Positions 31,272-40,999 of a stretch of DNA of 64,000 nucleotides are shown here, in pieces (the stretch's first letter is position 1; each line of letters begins with the position of its first letter). The position numbers and the translations under genes are program-made. The notes under the pieces are model-generated. The model ran no database searches and was not told the DNA's origin. It worked only from the letters and a program-made list of their open reading frames with translations. The DNA is from a candidate division WOR-3 bacterium (GTDB taxonomy: Bacteria; Hydrothermota; Tepidihabitantia; Tepidihabitantales; Tepidihabitantaceae): the NCBI GenBank assembly GCA_965649295.1, contig CBFGKH010000003.1, positions 190,615 to 254,614 on the forward strand, written 5' to 3'.

Positions 31272-31906
31272 ACGACTTCTTTGCGAGGCTCGGTTCGACC
31301 CAGCATGTCCGCCTGCTCTGTGGCATCACCTTGGTCTGGGGAGACGCCGATAACGGCCGTCGCTGGTTCGGTGCGATTCCGGCTGCCGTGAAGGTGAGCC
31401 GTGTTTCCGACTACGTTCTTCTTGGCTTACACTATATCGGTCACATTCTTAGTCGCTATTCCCGAAACCGCTCCGACACCTACGTGCTTGCCGGCCGCCT
31501 CAATGAGTTAGTCTATCACATCATTGAAGACGGAGTCTGGCCCGGTTCGAACCTGATCGAATCGGCCCGGGTCGCTGATTGCATGGAGTTCCGACCTCTG
31601 GTCTCCCTGCCAGCGGATGTGGCTGCCGTAGTCCGGGTGGCGCTAATTCGCCCCCTGCTCAGCGATGACATCAGCCTCGCCTGCGAACCACCGACCACGG
31701 CGACCGAGGATGAACTAATCCTGTCGGTCGTTGCCCTACTGCAGGGTATCCTACCACTGCTCGACGGCCCGGCCATCGAGCTGCTCGACAAATCGCTCCG
31801 CTACCTGCAATCGTTCCACGAAGAAGAACCGGACTGGACCACGCCTGGCGTCGCCCAGACACTGGCTAACCGGGCATTCCGCTCTGCTGGCGGCGATGCC
31901 GGCTAG
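31268..31906 (+). CDS. Hypothetical protein
   Basis: GTGA overlap with the glnS stop. Fills the gap up to the convergent RND gene. Confidence 0.65.
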   Translation: MNDFFARLGSTQHVRLLCGITLVWGDADNGRRWFGAIPAAVKVSRVSDYVLLGLHYIGHILSRYSRNRSDTYVLAGRLNELVYHIIEDGVWPGSNLIESARVADCMEFRPLVSLPADVAAVVRVALIRPLLSDDISLACEPPTTATEDELILSVVALLQGILPLLDGPAIELLDKSLRYLQSFHEEEPDWTTPGVAQTLANRAFRSAGGDAG

Positions 31907-31909
31907 CGA

Positions 31910-34900
31910 CTAGTCGCCAAGACTAGCAGCATCACTCTCCGCCACTGCTTGGGCCTGCGCTGCCCGCCGCAGTCTTGCCCGTTCGGCCCGATTCTCAAAG
32001 ATGACATATAGCACCGGGATAAAGACTAGCGGCAGCAGGGTTGACACCAGCATTCCACCGACAATCGCTCGACCGAGCGGTGCCCACATCTCTGCGCCCT
32101 GCCCAATCTCCAGCGCCAGCGGTATCAGACCGAAGATGGTTGTCAATGACGTCATTAGGATCGGCCGCAGCCTTACCCGGCCGGCCTCTTTCACTGCATC
32201 GACCAGCGCCAGCCCTTTTTCACGACGGAGCTGATTCACATAGTCAACATATACGATGCCGTTATTGACGACAACGCCCACGAGCACAAGAATGCCGAGT
32301 CCGGAAGTTACCGACAGTGCTGTGCCGGTCAGTAGCAAGGCCAGTATAGCCCCGATAGCAGCAAATGGCACTGAAAAAACAATGATGAATGGGTCCCGGA
32401 ACGACTCGAACTGCGAGGCCATCACCATAAAGACAAGCAGAAAGGCAATGACGACGACCAAGCCAAGGTCCTTGAACGTGTTCACCATGTCTTCGTAGGA
32501 ACCGGAGAGTCGGATATCGAATCCGGCCGGCACCGCAATCCCACGCAGAGCTCGACCCACTCGCTGTGCCAACTGTCCTGGCGACGTGCCTTCGGCCTTG
32601 CCGGTTATCTGGACGATACGCTGCGTGTTCTTGTGCTCAATCTGTTTTGGCCCGGTGCCGCGTTCAACCGTGACCAGCGAACGCAGTGGCACCGGTCCGG
32701 TTGGACTGTTGACAACAAGCCCAAGTATGCCAGTCATATCTGACCGGCTCGCCAGCGGCAATCGCACCAGTACGTCATACTCGGTGCCGGCACGACGGAA
32801 AGTGGTCGCGGCAACACCCTGCAACTGCGCCCGCAGGGCAGTGCCGATCTGATAAGGCGTCAGACCGTAGAGGGCTGCCTTCTGTCTGTCCACTACCAAC
32901 CGCAGCTCTGGACTTCCCGGCTCCCGACTTGAGCGCAGATCAACCAGCCCGGGAATCGTCTCAATCGCACTCATCACCTGCCGTGTCAGCGAATCGGCAA
33001 GGGCAAGGTCGTGGCCGGTGATGTCAACCTGGACTGCCGCACTCCCCATCCCCGCCATCGAAGTGAAAGAACGTTCCTCGGTACGCACCCGCAGGCCAGG
33101 AATCCGCCCTGCCTCGCGCCGGATGGCCGCGTCAATCGCGGCGACCGACAGCGCGCGTTTCTCCTTGGGCAGCAGCAGCAGATTGATTGAAGCCGAGTTC
33201 GGTCCGGCTGCACCAAAGATCGTCGAATAGACACTGGCTCCGGCCCCAACCTGCACCGCCATTCCATCAACACTCGTACCGAGGCTGTCCCTGATGAAAG
33301 CCTCCAAGCGCCGAACAGCCGCATCGGTCGTGGCGAGATTAGTGCCAATCGGCATCTCGGCAGTCAGCTGGTGAAAACGACTCTCGCCTGCCGGCATGAA
33401 CTCTGACCGCAGTAACGGCACGGTCGCAAACGAGCCTAGTAGCACTGCTAGCGCCCCGAACACGACCAGTCGGCGGTGCCCCACTGCCCAACCGATGAGT
33501 CGAGAATAGCCATTCTCGATCCGACAGTAGAACCGCTCGGCCCAAGCACGGATGCCGCGCTCTTCAACGCCCTTTGCCGGCACAGTAAGAAAACGGCTGG
33601 CAAGCATCGGAATCAAAGTAAGAGCAACACCTAGCGAGGCGACGAGCGAACCGACCACTGCCCAGACTAACTCACGGAAGAAAATCTGCAGCAGGCCGCG
33701 CACGAGTAGCATCGGCAGAAACACAACAATCGTTGTCAGCGTTGAGGCAGTGATTGCCATCGCCACCTGCCCGGTGCCAGTCGCGGCAGCGGTCAGCGCT
33801 GACTCACCCTGCTCGCGCCGGCGGAAAATGCTCTCGAAAACAACGATGCCGTTGTCCACCACCATTCCAACTGCAATCGCCAGGCCAGCCATGGACAGAA
33901 TATTGATGGAGAATCCGAAGACATACATGAAGAAAACCGCGAAGAATATCGAGATTGGGATGGCAAACGCCACGAACATTGTTGCCCGGAAACGCCGCAG
34001 AAAGAGAAAAAGCACCAGCACCGCCAAGATGCCGCCGAAAAGAATGCTCGTCGCCACGTTAGCGATTGAACTGGTAATCTCGTCCGAAGAATCAAAAAAG
34101 AGTCGGGCGTCCGCTCCCGCCGGCAGCCCGGTCCGCAGCTTCTCGAACTCACGGCGCGCGGCTCGGGCAACCTGGACGGTGTTGGCATCAGGCCGGCGCT
34201 GGACCACAATGAAGACACAGTTCTGACCGTTATACCTGGCCAAAGCCTCCTTCTCCTCTGCCTGCCAGAAGATATCAGCCACCTGGCTAAGCAGCACTGG
34301 TGCTGTCCCTTTCATTCCAACAATCGTGCGACCGACATCGGTCGAGTCCTGATACTCGCCCATCAGACGGATTATGAACCGCCGATCAAGCACTGAAACA
34401 TCGCCAAGCGGAAAGTTCAAGTTCTGAGCTCGCAGCGCACCAGTCACCTGCTCGAGCGTAACCCCGGCGGCTGCCAGTCGCGCCGGATCAATCTCAACCC
34501 GCAACTGGCGCCGCGCCCCACCCGCCACGCTCGCGGCTGCCACGCCACCGACCCGTTGCAACCCGTCAGCCAGGTTCTTGCCGATGTCGTAAAGCTCGGT
34601 CTCGGGCAGATTGCCAAACAGACCAATCTGTAGCACGGGAATCATTGACGGGTCGAACTTGAAGATGAATGGCCGAGCCACATCATCGGGCAGCAGCGAG
34701 GCAACCATGTCCAGTCGGTCGCGAATATCAGCCGAGGCCGCATCAAGGCTTGTGCCCCATTCCATCTCCAGCTGAATAATGGAGACATTCTCACCCGAAC
34801 GTGAAGTCAGTTTACGGATATTGGGAATCGTACCCACCCGTTGCTCGATTCGCTCCGTCACCTCAGACTCAACCTCAAGTGGCCCAGCTCCAGGATAGAA

Positions 34901-35047
34901 CGTGGCGATCACGACCATCGGCAGAGTTACGTTGGGATAGATGTCCACCGGCATTCTCGTTACCCCGACCACCCCAAACACTAACAGGCCGATGGCCACC
35001 ATCGCAGTCGTGACCGGACGGCGGATTGCGGTATCGGTCAGTCTCAT
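31910..35047 (-). CDS. RND efflux permease (AcrB/AcrD/AcrF family)
   Basis: AIRRPVTT start, GMVVDNGIVV, RLRPILMTSLTT; 1045 aa. Confidence 0.95.
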   Translation of the reverse strand: MRLTDTAIRRPVTTAMVAIGLLVFGVVGVTRMPVDIYPNVTLPMVVIATFYPGAGPLEVESEVTERIEQRVGTIPNIRKLTSRSGENVSIIQLEMEWGTSLDAASADIRDRLDMVASLLPDDVARPFIFKFDPSMIPVLQIGLFGNLPETELYDIGKNLADGLQRVGGVAAASVAGGARRQLRVEIDPARLAAAGVTLEQVTGALRAQNLNFPLGDVSVLDRRFIIRLMGEYQDSTDVGRTIVGMKGTAPVLLSQVADIFWQAEEKEALARYNGQNCVFIVVQRRPDANTVQVARAARREFEKLRTGLPAGADARLFFDSSDEITSSIANVATSILFGGILAVLVLFLFLRRFRATMFVAFAIPISIFFAVFFMYVFGFSINILSMAGLAIAVGMVVDNGIVVFESIFRRREQGESALTAAATGTGQVAMAITASTLTTIVVFLPMLLVRGLLQIFFRELVWAVVGSLVASLGVALTLIPMLASRFLTVPAKGVEERGIRAWAERFYCRIENGYSRLIGWAVGHRRLVVFGALAVLLGSFATVPLLRSEFMPAGESRFHQLTAEMPIGTNLATTDAAVRRLEAFIRDSLGTSVDGMAVQVGAGASVYSTIFGAAGPNSASINLLLLPKEKRALSVAAIDAAIRREAGRIPGLRVRTEERSFTSMAGMGSAAVQVDITGHDLALADSLTRQVMSAIETIPGLVDLRSSREPGSPELRLVVDRQKAALYGLTPYQIGTALRAQLQGVAATTFRRAGTEYDVLVRLPLASRSDMTGILGLVVNSPTGPVPLRSLVTVERGTGPKQIEHKNTQRIVQITGKAEGTSPGQLAQRVGRALRGIAVPAGFDIRLSGSYEDMVNTFKDLGLVVVIAFLLVFMVMASQFESFRDPFIIVFSVPFAAIGAILALLLTGTALSVTSGLGILVLVGVVVNNGIVYVDYVNQLRREKGLALVDAVKEAGRVRLRPILMTSLTTIFGLIPLALEIGQGAEMWAPLGRAIVGGMLVSTLLPLVFIPVLYVIFENRAERARLRRAAQAQAVAESDAASLGD

Positions 35048-35919
35048 TGGCTACCTACCTCGATTGGGTTGACCGTCTCGCCTTCGCGCACCCGTTCCTT
35101 GCCGACAGTTATAATCTTTTCGCCATCGGCGAGACCGGCAACGATCTCGAGATACTCATCCCCAGCAAGCCCGATGCGCACCGGCCGCATCCGCACCGTG
35201 GTCCCTTCCAGCACCGCCACCCTGGGCTCACCGTCGGTGAACAACGCGCTGATTGGCACAGCCATCACATCCCGCCGTTCCTCGGCCCGCAGCCGAACAG
35301 CAGCCGTCATCCCCGGCACGAGCTTGCGTCCAGGATTGGGCAGTGTCAGCTCGACCGTGGCCGAACGGCTCAGCGGATCCACCATCGGCGACACCAGCGC
35401 GACTGCGGCCGAAAAAGTATCGCCCGGCACAGCTGAGCTTGTCACTGTCGCCAGCGCACCGCGCCGCGCAAACCTAAGGTCAGCATCGCTGATGTTTGCT
35501 TTGACCCGTACCCGGCTGCCGAACCGTGCCACTGCGGCAACCGGCGCTGCCTGACTCACCATCGAACCCACCTCGGTATAGACCTTGCCCACCACTCCGT
35601 CAATTGGCGAGACGACTGGGCCGGGCTTGTAGTCCATCCCGGGAATGTCATTCTGAACAAAGAGAATCGGTTCACCGGCCTTCACTTCGCTGCCCTCGGG
35701 GCGGACAATACTTGTGACGCGACCGGCAATCTTCGACATTACCATTGCTTGCTCTTCACCGACAACCGTGCCGAGCAGACTGATTGAACGCACCACTGTC
35801 CGGCGTTCAACCGGCGTAACCTGAACTGCCGGTGGAATCCGCTCTCTCGTTGCCGACTGCCGCTGACCACAGGCCCCCAGCAGCACCAACAAAACAAACA
35901 GAAGTCTCTTGGACAACAT
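35044..35919 (-). CDS. RND periplasmic adaptor (MFP) lipoprotein
   Basis: AGGAG SD before ATG 35919, LGAC lipobox, SPIDGVV, LVPGMTA. The helical hairpin appears very short. Confidence 0.88.
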   Translation of the reverse strand: MLSKRLLFVLLVLLGACGQRQSATRERIPPAVQVTPVERRTVVRSISLLGTVVGEEQAMVMSKIAGRVTSIVRPEGSEVKAGEPILFVQNDIPGMDYKPGPVVSPIDGVVGKVYTEVGSMVSQAAPVAAVARFGSRVRVKANISDADLRFARRGALATVTSSAVPGDTFSAAVALVSPMVDPLSRSATVELTLPNPGRKLVPGMTAAVRLRAEERRDVMAVPISALFTDGEPRVAVLEGTTVRMRPVRIGLAGDEYLEIVAGLADGEKIITVGKERVREGETVNPIEVGSQ

Positions 35920-36008
35920 GCTACCTAGACTCCTTCTCTTTCTTGCTTTGCCTCCCGTCTCTTCACCACCAGAGGAACGGACGGGGCTGACACTAATCGC
36001 TGCCATTA

Positions 36009-37388
36009 TCATCTCTCCTCACCTATTTCGGCGCCGATCGCCCGCAATACCTGAGCTCGGGCAACGGCATAGTTGGCCAGCGCGGTCTCGTGCGCCAATC
36101 GGGCTTGAGTCGCCGCCAGTTGAGCATCAAGGTACTCAAGATTTGTTAGTAATCCGTTCTGATAACGTTGGTCAGCCAGCACCAAGGCCGAATCGGCTAC
36201 TGCTCGGCTCTGGGCCGTGTATTCAATATTGCGAGCCTCCTGCTCCAGCGCGGTCAGACTCGACTGCACCTCCAGCCGCAGCGCTTCTTCAACCTGACGC
36301 AGGCTGATTTCTGCCTGCCGTCGGCGCGACTCGGCAGCCCGGAGCTTGCCGTAGTTTGCCCCACCGCTAAAGAGCGGCCACGTCACTCCCGCAGTCACGT
36401 TCCAATCTCTACCCCAGCCCGCGGCGAAGCCGACCGGATTCTTGTAATCGTAGTTGAACTGCGCAAACGCCGTCGGCAGATTGGCGGTGCGGGCAACTGC
36501 TACCGCCCGCTCGGCAATTCCCAACGCTGCTCGTAACTGAACCAATTCGGGCCGGTATTGCCGGGCCTGCTCCACTGCCGTCTCCAGCCCAATTGCCAGC
36601 GTCTCAGCCCGAAAATCTCCTACCAGTTCGAGCGTCGTCTCAGGTTCCAAACCAAGCATAAGTCGCAGGCCGGCGAGCGCCAGTTCGGCACCGCTGCGAA
36701 CCTGCGCAGCCTGGGCGGTGATATTGGTCAGCCCAAGCTGGGCCTTCATCACATCAAGTCGTGTAGCCAGACCATTGTCGTACAGCGCCTGCACACGATT
36801 GACATGCCGTTCGAGTTGAGCCCGCGACTCCTCCACGACCTCGGCCGAACGCTGCGCCAGTAACGCCCCATAGAAACTACTCAGCGCCTCCACGCGCACC
36901 TGCTCGCGGGCCATAACTAACGCCGCCCGCTGCATCTCAACCGTCAGACCAGCAATCCGGTAGGCGTTCAGCAGCTTACCCCAGGTAAAGATTGTCTGCT
37001 GGGCGGTCCCGCGCAACACAAAGTTGTCCGCTGACCCCAGCCGCAACGTCTCCAGTCCGACCGCCATGGGCACCGAATCAGTGTAGCCAATCACTTGACC
37101 GGTGGCCGGGTCATAGACCCGCAGCGGGAACCTCCCATACTTGGGCATATAGAACTGATTGACTGTCCCCAACCTGGTGTAGCTACCCGACGCCGACACC
37201 TGGGGCAAGAAGGAGCCAAACTGAGCCGCCTTGTTCGCGGCAGCCTCAACTAGCCGCTCCTTAGCCAAAGCTACCGAACGATTGTTCGCCAGTGCCAGTC
37301 GAACCGCGTCATCGGCAGTCAACTGGAGGCCGCTGGCCCAACCAGCCACAATCACCAATAGCACTAATGACAAGTGAAAAGACCTCAT
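36009..37388 (-). CDS. TolC-family outer membrane efflux protein
   Basis: Signal peptide, ALANNR, FLPQVS, YDNGLAT/YQNGLLT repeats. Confidence 0.9.
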   Translation of the reverse strand: MRSFHLSLVLLVIVAGWASGLQLTADDAVRLALANNRSVALAKERLVEAAANKAAQFGSFLPQVSASGSYTRLGTVNQFYMPKYGRFPLRVYDPATGQVIGYTDSVPMAVGLETLRLGSADNFVLRGTAQQTIFTWGKLLNAYRIAGLTVEMQRAALVMAREQVRVEALSSFYGALLAQRSAEVVEESRAQLERHVNRVQALYDNGLATRLDVMKAQLGLTNITAQAAQVRSGAELALAGLRLMLGLEPETTLELVGDFRAETLAIGLETAVEQARQYRPELVQLRAALGIAERAVAVARTANLPTAFAQFNYDYKNPVGFAAGWGRDWNVTAGVTWPLFSGGANYGKLRAAESRRRQAEISLRQVEEALRLEVQSSLTALEQEARNIEYTAQSRAVADSALVLADQRYQNGLLTNLEYLDAQLAATQARLAHETALANYAVARAQVLRAIGAEIGEER

Positions 37389-37417
37389 CTTACCACCTTC
37401 AGTCTTCAATCCTCAAT

Positions 37418-38059
37418 CTACCACCGTGACACTCTGGCATTTCGTATCCTGCATCCTGCCCTTCGTGTTGGGCCATTCGCTCTCAGTCCACAGAAGAACA
37501 GCTCCTGGGCACTCTGAACGATGCTTGGGTCGGACCGCCCAAACCGCGCTGCAAAGATGCCGGCCCGAAAAGCATTCATAAACATAATCGCTGCTAGTCG
37601 CGGCTCGACCGGCCGGAACTCACCAGCTTCGATGCCCTCGGCAACCACCGCCGCAATCTCATCAGTCATCTTGCGAATGTGCGGCAGCACCTGCCGCCGA
37701 AACCGCTGCATCACCCGGTTCGACTGCTCGACGTTCTCCATCGAAAGCAGACCAACCACTGCCGGCCGCGAAAAAACACCTTGCGCCCACTCGCCAAACA
37801 TCCGTTCGAGCTTTGCTTGCGACGATATCCGCTCAGCCCGGATCCGACTAACCACCGCCAGCGCCTGCTCCAGCAACCAGTCCACCAAGCCGACATAGAT
37901 GGCCGGTTTATCCCGAAAATAGAGATAGACCGTGCCTTTTGCCACGCCGGCCCGCCGCGCAATCTCCTCCACCTTGGTATCAATGAAGCCGCGCTCGCAG
38001 ACCACAGCAAACGCCGCCCGGACAATCGCTAGGCGCTTTTCCGCTGATTTGATTCTCAA
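37418..38059 (-). CDS. TetR/AcrR-family regulator
   Basis: IARRAGVAKGTVYLYFRDK helix-turn-helix. Confidence 0.93.
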   Translation of the reverse strand: MRIKSAEKRLAIVRAAFAVVCERGFIDTKVEEIARRAGVAKGTVYLYFRDKPAIYVGLVDWLLEQALAVVSRIRAERISSQAKLERMFGEWAQGVFSRPAVVGLLSMENVEQSNRVMQRFRRQVLPHIRKMTDEIAAVVAEGIEAGEFRPVEPRLAAIMFMNAFRAGIFAARFGRSDPSIVQSAQELFFCGLRANGPTRRAGCRIRNARVSRW

Positions 38060-38079
38060 TTCTTGCGTCCTTAGTGAAA

Positions 38080-38093
38080 ACTGACCGGTCAGT
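38080..38093. promoter_or_regulatory. Probable TetR operator
   Basis: Perfect palindrome ACTGACCGGTCAGT directly downstream of a minus-strand TTGACT-16-TATAAT promoter. Confidence 0.75.
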
Positions 38094-38259
38094 CATTATA
38101 GCATCGCCCTCCCAGCAGTCAATAGTCTTTCGTGCTGCTCCCCTCGACACCACCGCCAATCATAAGTGAACCATCCGCTACCGATGCGGTGGTTCGCTTG
38201 ACACCGTGACTACTACTAGCTAACTTCAGTCGGTTCGAATGCTCACTGCAGGAGGCCTG

Positions 38260-38733
38260 ATGGATGCAAAGCAGTTCCTGAAGACCATTCCCGAGTTTGC
38301 CGCGCTCGGCGACGAACATCTTGATAAGATTGCCGGGATGGCACGTTTTGGTTCGGTCAAGGCAAACGGACTGATTGATGTGCAGGGCCAGCCCGCCGAC
38401 AAGTTCTACATCCTTGTCAGCGGCCGACTTGGGGTCATTCTCGACCTCGACCTTGGCGTCACGAAAAAGAGCTATCTCGTCACCACTATCGGTCCGGGCC
38501 AGCTCTTTGCTTGGTCAGGCCTAGTCGGCAACCCGCATTACACTGCTGGCAGCCGGGCACTTACTGACTGCACCTACCTGGAGTTCGACGTCGCCAAGTT
38601 GAACGAGGCCTTTCTCAGCGACCCGCAACTTGGGTTTGTGGTGATGAAGATGGTCGCTCAGACCATCGCCTCGCGGCTGCGAGCGATGCAGCTCCAGCTT
38701 GCCCAGCAGTATGCCCTGAGCGAGGCCGAGTAG
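38260..38733 (+). CDS. Stand-alone cyclic nucleotide-binding domain protein
   Basis: QGQPADKFYILVSGRL, IGPGQLFAWSGL; no HTH; AGGAGG SD. Confidence 0.85.
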   Translation: MDAKQFLKTIPEFAALGDEHLDKIAGMARFGSVKANGLIDVQGQPADKFYILVSGRLGVILDLDLGVTKKSYLVTTIGPGQLFAWSGLVGNPHYTAGSRALTDCTYLEFDVAKLNEAFLSDPQLGFVVMKMVAQTIASRLRAMQLQLAQQYALSEAE

Positions 38734-38772
38734 CCTCTTTCCCCCATCGCCCGTCACTCCCGACGGTCACGA

Positions 38773-39450
38773 ATGCGACGCGGTTTCATTATTGCGATTG
38801 ACGGCCCGGCCGGCTCCGGCAAGAGCACGACTGCTCGGCTTGTGGCTCGAAAACTCGGTTTCTGCCACCTCGACACCGGAGCAATGTATCGGGCCATCAC
38901 CCTCAAGGCTATCAGCACTCAGACCGACATCACCGACAGCCGCCAGCTCAACCGACTGCTGGCGACGACAACCGTCCAACTCGACTGGCAGAACGGAAAA
39001 GTTCGTGTCCGACTCGACGGTCGCGACGTCAGCGCTGCTATTCGCGAACCGCAAGTCAATGCCTTGGTCTCAGATGTAGCCGCCATTCCTGCGGTCCGAC
39101 AGCGGCTCGTAGCTCAGCAGCGCCAAATCGCCCGCGACCGCAACATTGTCTGCGAGGGCCGCGACATCGGCTCTGTTGTCTTCCCCAAAGCCCAACTCAA
39201 GATATTCCTCGTCTGTGACGATGCGACACGGGCCGAACGACGCCGCCAGGAACTAGCTGCCCAAGGCCGGAAACTGAGCCTAACGACGGTGCTCGCCAAT
39301 CTCCGGCAGCGCGACCGAATTGACTCCGGTCGCCAGCACAGCCCGCTTGTCCGGACGCCTGATGCAGTACTGATTGATACTACGCGGCTTTCGATTCCCG
39401 AACAGGTAGCGATTGTCTGCGGACTGGCCCGAAAACGGATGGCGAGTTGA
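38773..39450 (+). CDS. cmk: Cytidylate kinase
   Basis: AIDGPAGSGKST, LDTGAMYR, EGRDIGSVVFP. Confidence 0.96.
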   Translation: MRRGFIIAIDGPAGSGKSTTARLVARKLGFCHLDTGAMYRAITLKAISTQTDITDSRQLNRLLATTTVQLDWQNGKVRVRLDGRDVSAAIREPQVNALVSDVAAIPAVRQRLVAQQRQIARDRNIVCEGRDIGSVVFPKAQLKIFLVCDDATRAERRRQELAAQGRKLSLTTVLANLRQRDRIDSGRQHSPLVRTPDAVLIDTTRLSIPEQVAIVCGLARKRMAS

Positions 39451-40139
39451 AACTCCGCTGGCGCCTCGCCTGGCTAGCAGTCTATCCCTGGGCGCGACTG
39501 CTCATTCCTCTCCGTGTGACCGGCCGCAACCGACTCCGGCGGTCCGGGCCTCAGATACTCGCTGCCAACCATTCCGCCAACGTTGACCCAATACTCGTCG
39601 GCCTGGCTGCCGGCCGCGAGATTCACTTCCTTGCCAAAGAGGAGCTGTTCCGCTACCGGCGCTGGTTCGCCTGGCTCATTCGCACCTGGAACGCCTGGCC
39701 GGTACGGCGCCAGGGCGGCGATGCAGCGGCAATCCGACGCTGCTCGTGGCTGCTGCAGCATGGCCAGACCCTCGTACTCTTTCCCGAAGGAACCCGTTCC
39801 CGTACCGGCGAGCTCCAGCCGTTTCGACCCGGCGTTGGTCTGCTCGCAATCCGGAACCAGGCTCCGGTCGTACCAACCCTGATCAGCGGCATCAGTCGCT
39901 CGCTGATCTCCTACCTGACCGACAAGGATTTCGTCCGGCACGGCTACCGCCGCCGACCAACCAGCCGGATACCGGTGTCGGTTACGTTCGGCGAGCCGGT
40001 TCAGCCCACCGGTTTTGCCGACACCCGCACCGATCATATCGCCTTTACCGCCTGCGTTGAGCAACGGCTGCGCGAGCTGGCCGCGGCCACTCCTCGTCAT
40101 TCCCTACCGTCAACAACCCAGTCTTTCGGACGCCAATGA
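39447..40139 (+). CDS. plsC: 1-acyl-sn-glycerol-3-phosphate acyltransferase
   Basis: NHSANVD, FLAKEELF, FPEGTRS. Confidence 0.88.
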   Translation: MKLRWRLAWLAVYPWARLLIPLRVTGRNRLRRSGPQILAANHSANVDPILVGLAAGREIHFLAKEELFRYRRWFAWLIRTWNAWPVRRQGGDAAAIRRCSWLLQHGQTLVLFPEGTRSRTGELQPFRPGVGLLAIRNQAPVVPTLISGISRSLISYLTDKDFVRHGYRRRPTSRIPVSVTFGEPVQPTGFADTRTDHIAFTACVEQRLRELAAATPRHSLPSTTQSFGRQ

Positions 40140-40984
40140 CCACTAGGCACCCGCGAGTTACCGTCGCCCGCCCCTACGGCTTCTGCTTTGGTGTCGAACG
40201 CGCCATTCGCCTAGCCCGAGCTGGCAAAAAACGGACTGGCCAGGCTTACACGCTCGGCGAGCTTGTCCATAATCCCCAGGTGCTCACCGACCTGGCCCAG
40301 GAGGGCATCAGAGTTGTACGGCGACCAACCGAGGCCAAAGACGGCCCGCTCGTCATTCGTGCCCACGGCTGTCCGCCGGCAACGTTGGCTGAGTGCCAGC
40401 GCCTCGGGCTTGAAGTCATCGATGCCACCTGTCCCTATGTCCGCAAGGTCCAGAACGTGGCCCGCCGACTCCAGGCCGAGGGTTACGTTGTCGTCGTGGT
40501 CGGTGAGCGTAACCACCCTGAGGTGCGGTCGATTCTCGGCTATTGCCAAGGCGCTGGCCGGGTCTATTCCCCGCGACTGCGACTGCCTGCTGGCCGTATC
40601 GGCGTTGTCGCCCAGACCACGATGTCACGCGAAGGTCTGGCCGAAGCAGTTGCCAACCTTGCCCACCTCCGCTATACTGAGCTTCGGGTTTTCGATACCA
40701 TCTGTGCGGCAGTGGTCGCCCGCCAGCGAGCAGCGGCGCGTGTCGCTCGGAACGCCGACCTCGTCATCGTGGTGGGCGGCCGCAGCAGTGCCAACACCGC
40801 GCGTCTCGCCGAGATTGCCCGCCGTGCCGGCTGTGCAGTAGCCCTGGTTGAACAGGCTCAAGAACTGCGCCGGCTGCCGGTCCTGCGCACTCGGCGTCCG
40901 GCATCAGTCGGCATCGTCGGCGGTTCGTCCACACCTGCTCAGGTGGTTGAGGAAATCGCTTCGCTTGTCAGAAATCCCTGCTAA
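40136..40984 (+). CDS. ispH: 4-hydroxy-3-methylbut-2-enyl diphosphate reductase
   Basis: GFCFGVERA, IRAHG, DATCPYV, DTIC, SSAN. Confidence 0.95.
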   Translation: MTTRHPRVTVARPYGFCFGVERAIRLARAGKKRTGQAYTLGELVHNPQVLTDLAQEGIRVVRRPTEAKDGPLVIRAHGCPPATLAECQRLGLEVIDATCPYVRKVQNVARRLQAEGYVVVVVGERNHPEVRSILGYCQGAGRVYSPRLRLPAGRIGVVAQTTMSREGLAEAVANLAHLRYTELRVFDTICAAVVARQRAAARVARNADLVIVVGGRSSANTARLAEIARRAGCAVALVEQAQELRRLPVLRTRRPASVGIVGGSSTPAQVVEEIASLVRNPC

Positions 40985-40999
40985 GGAGGACCGTTTTCA

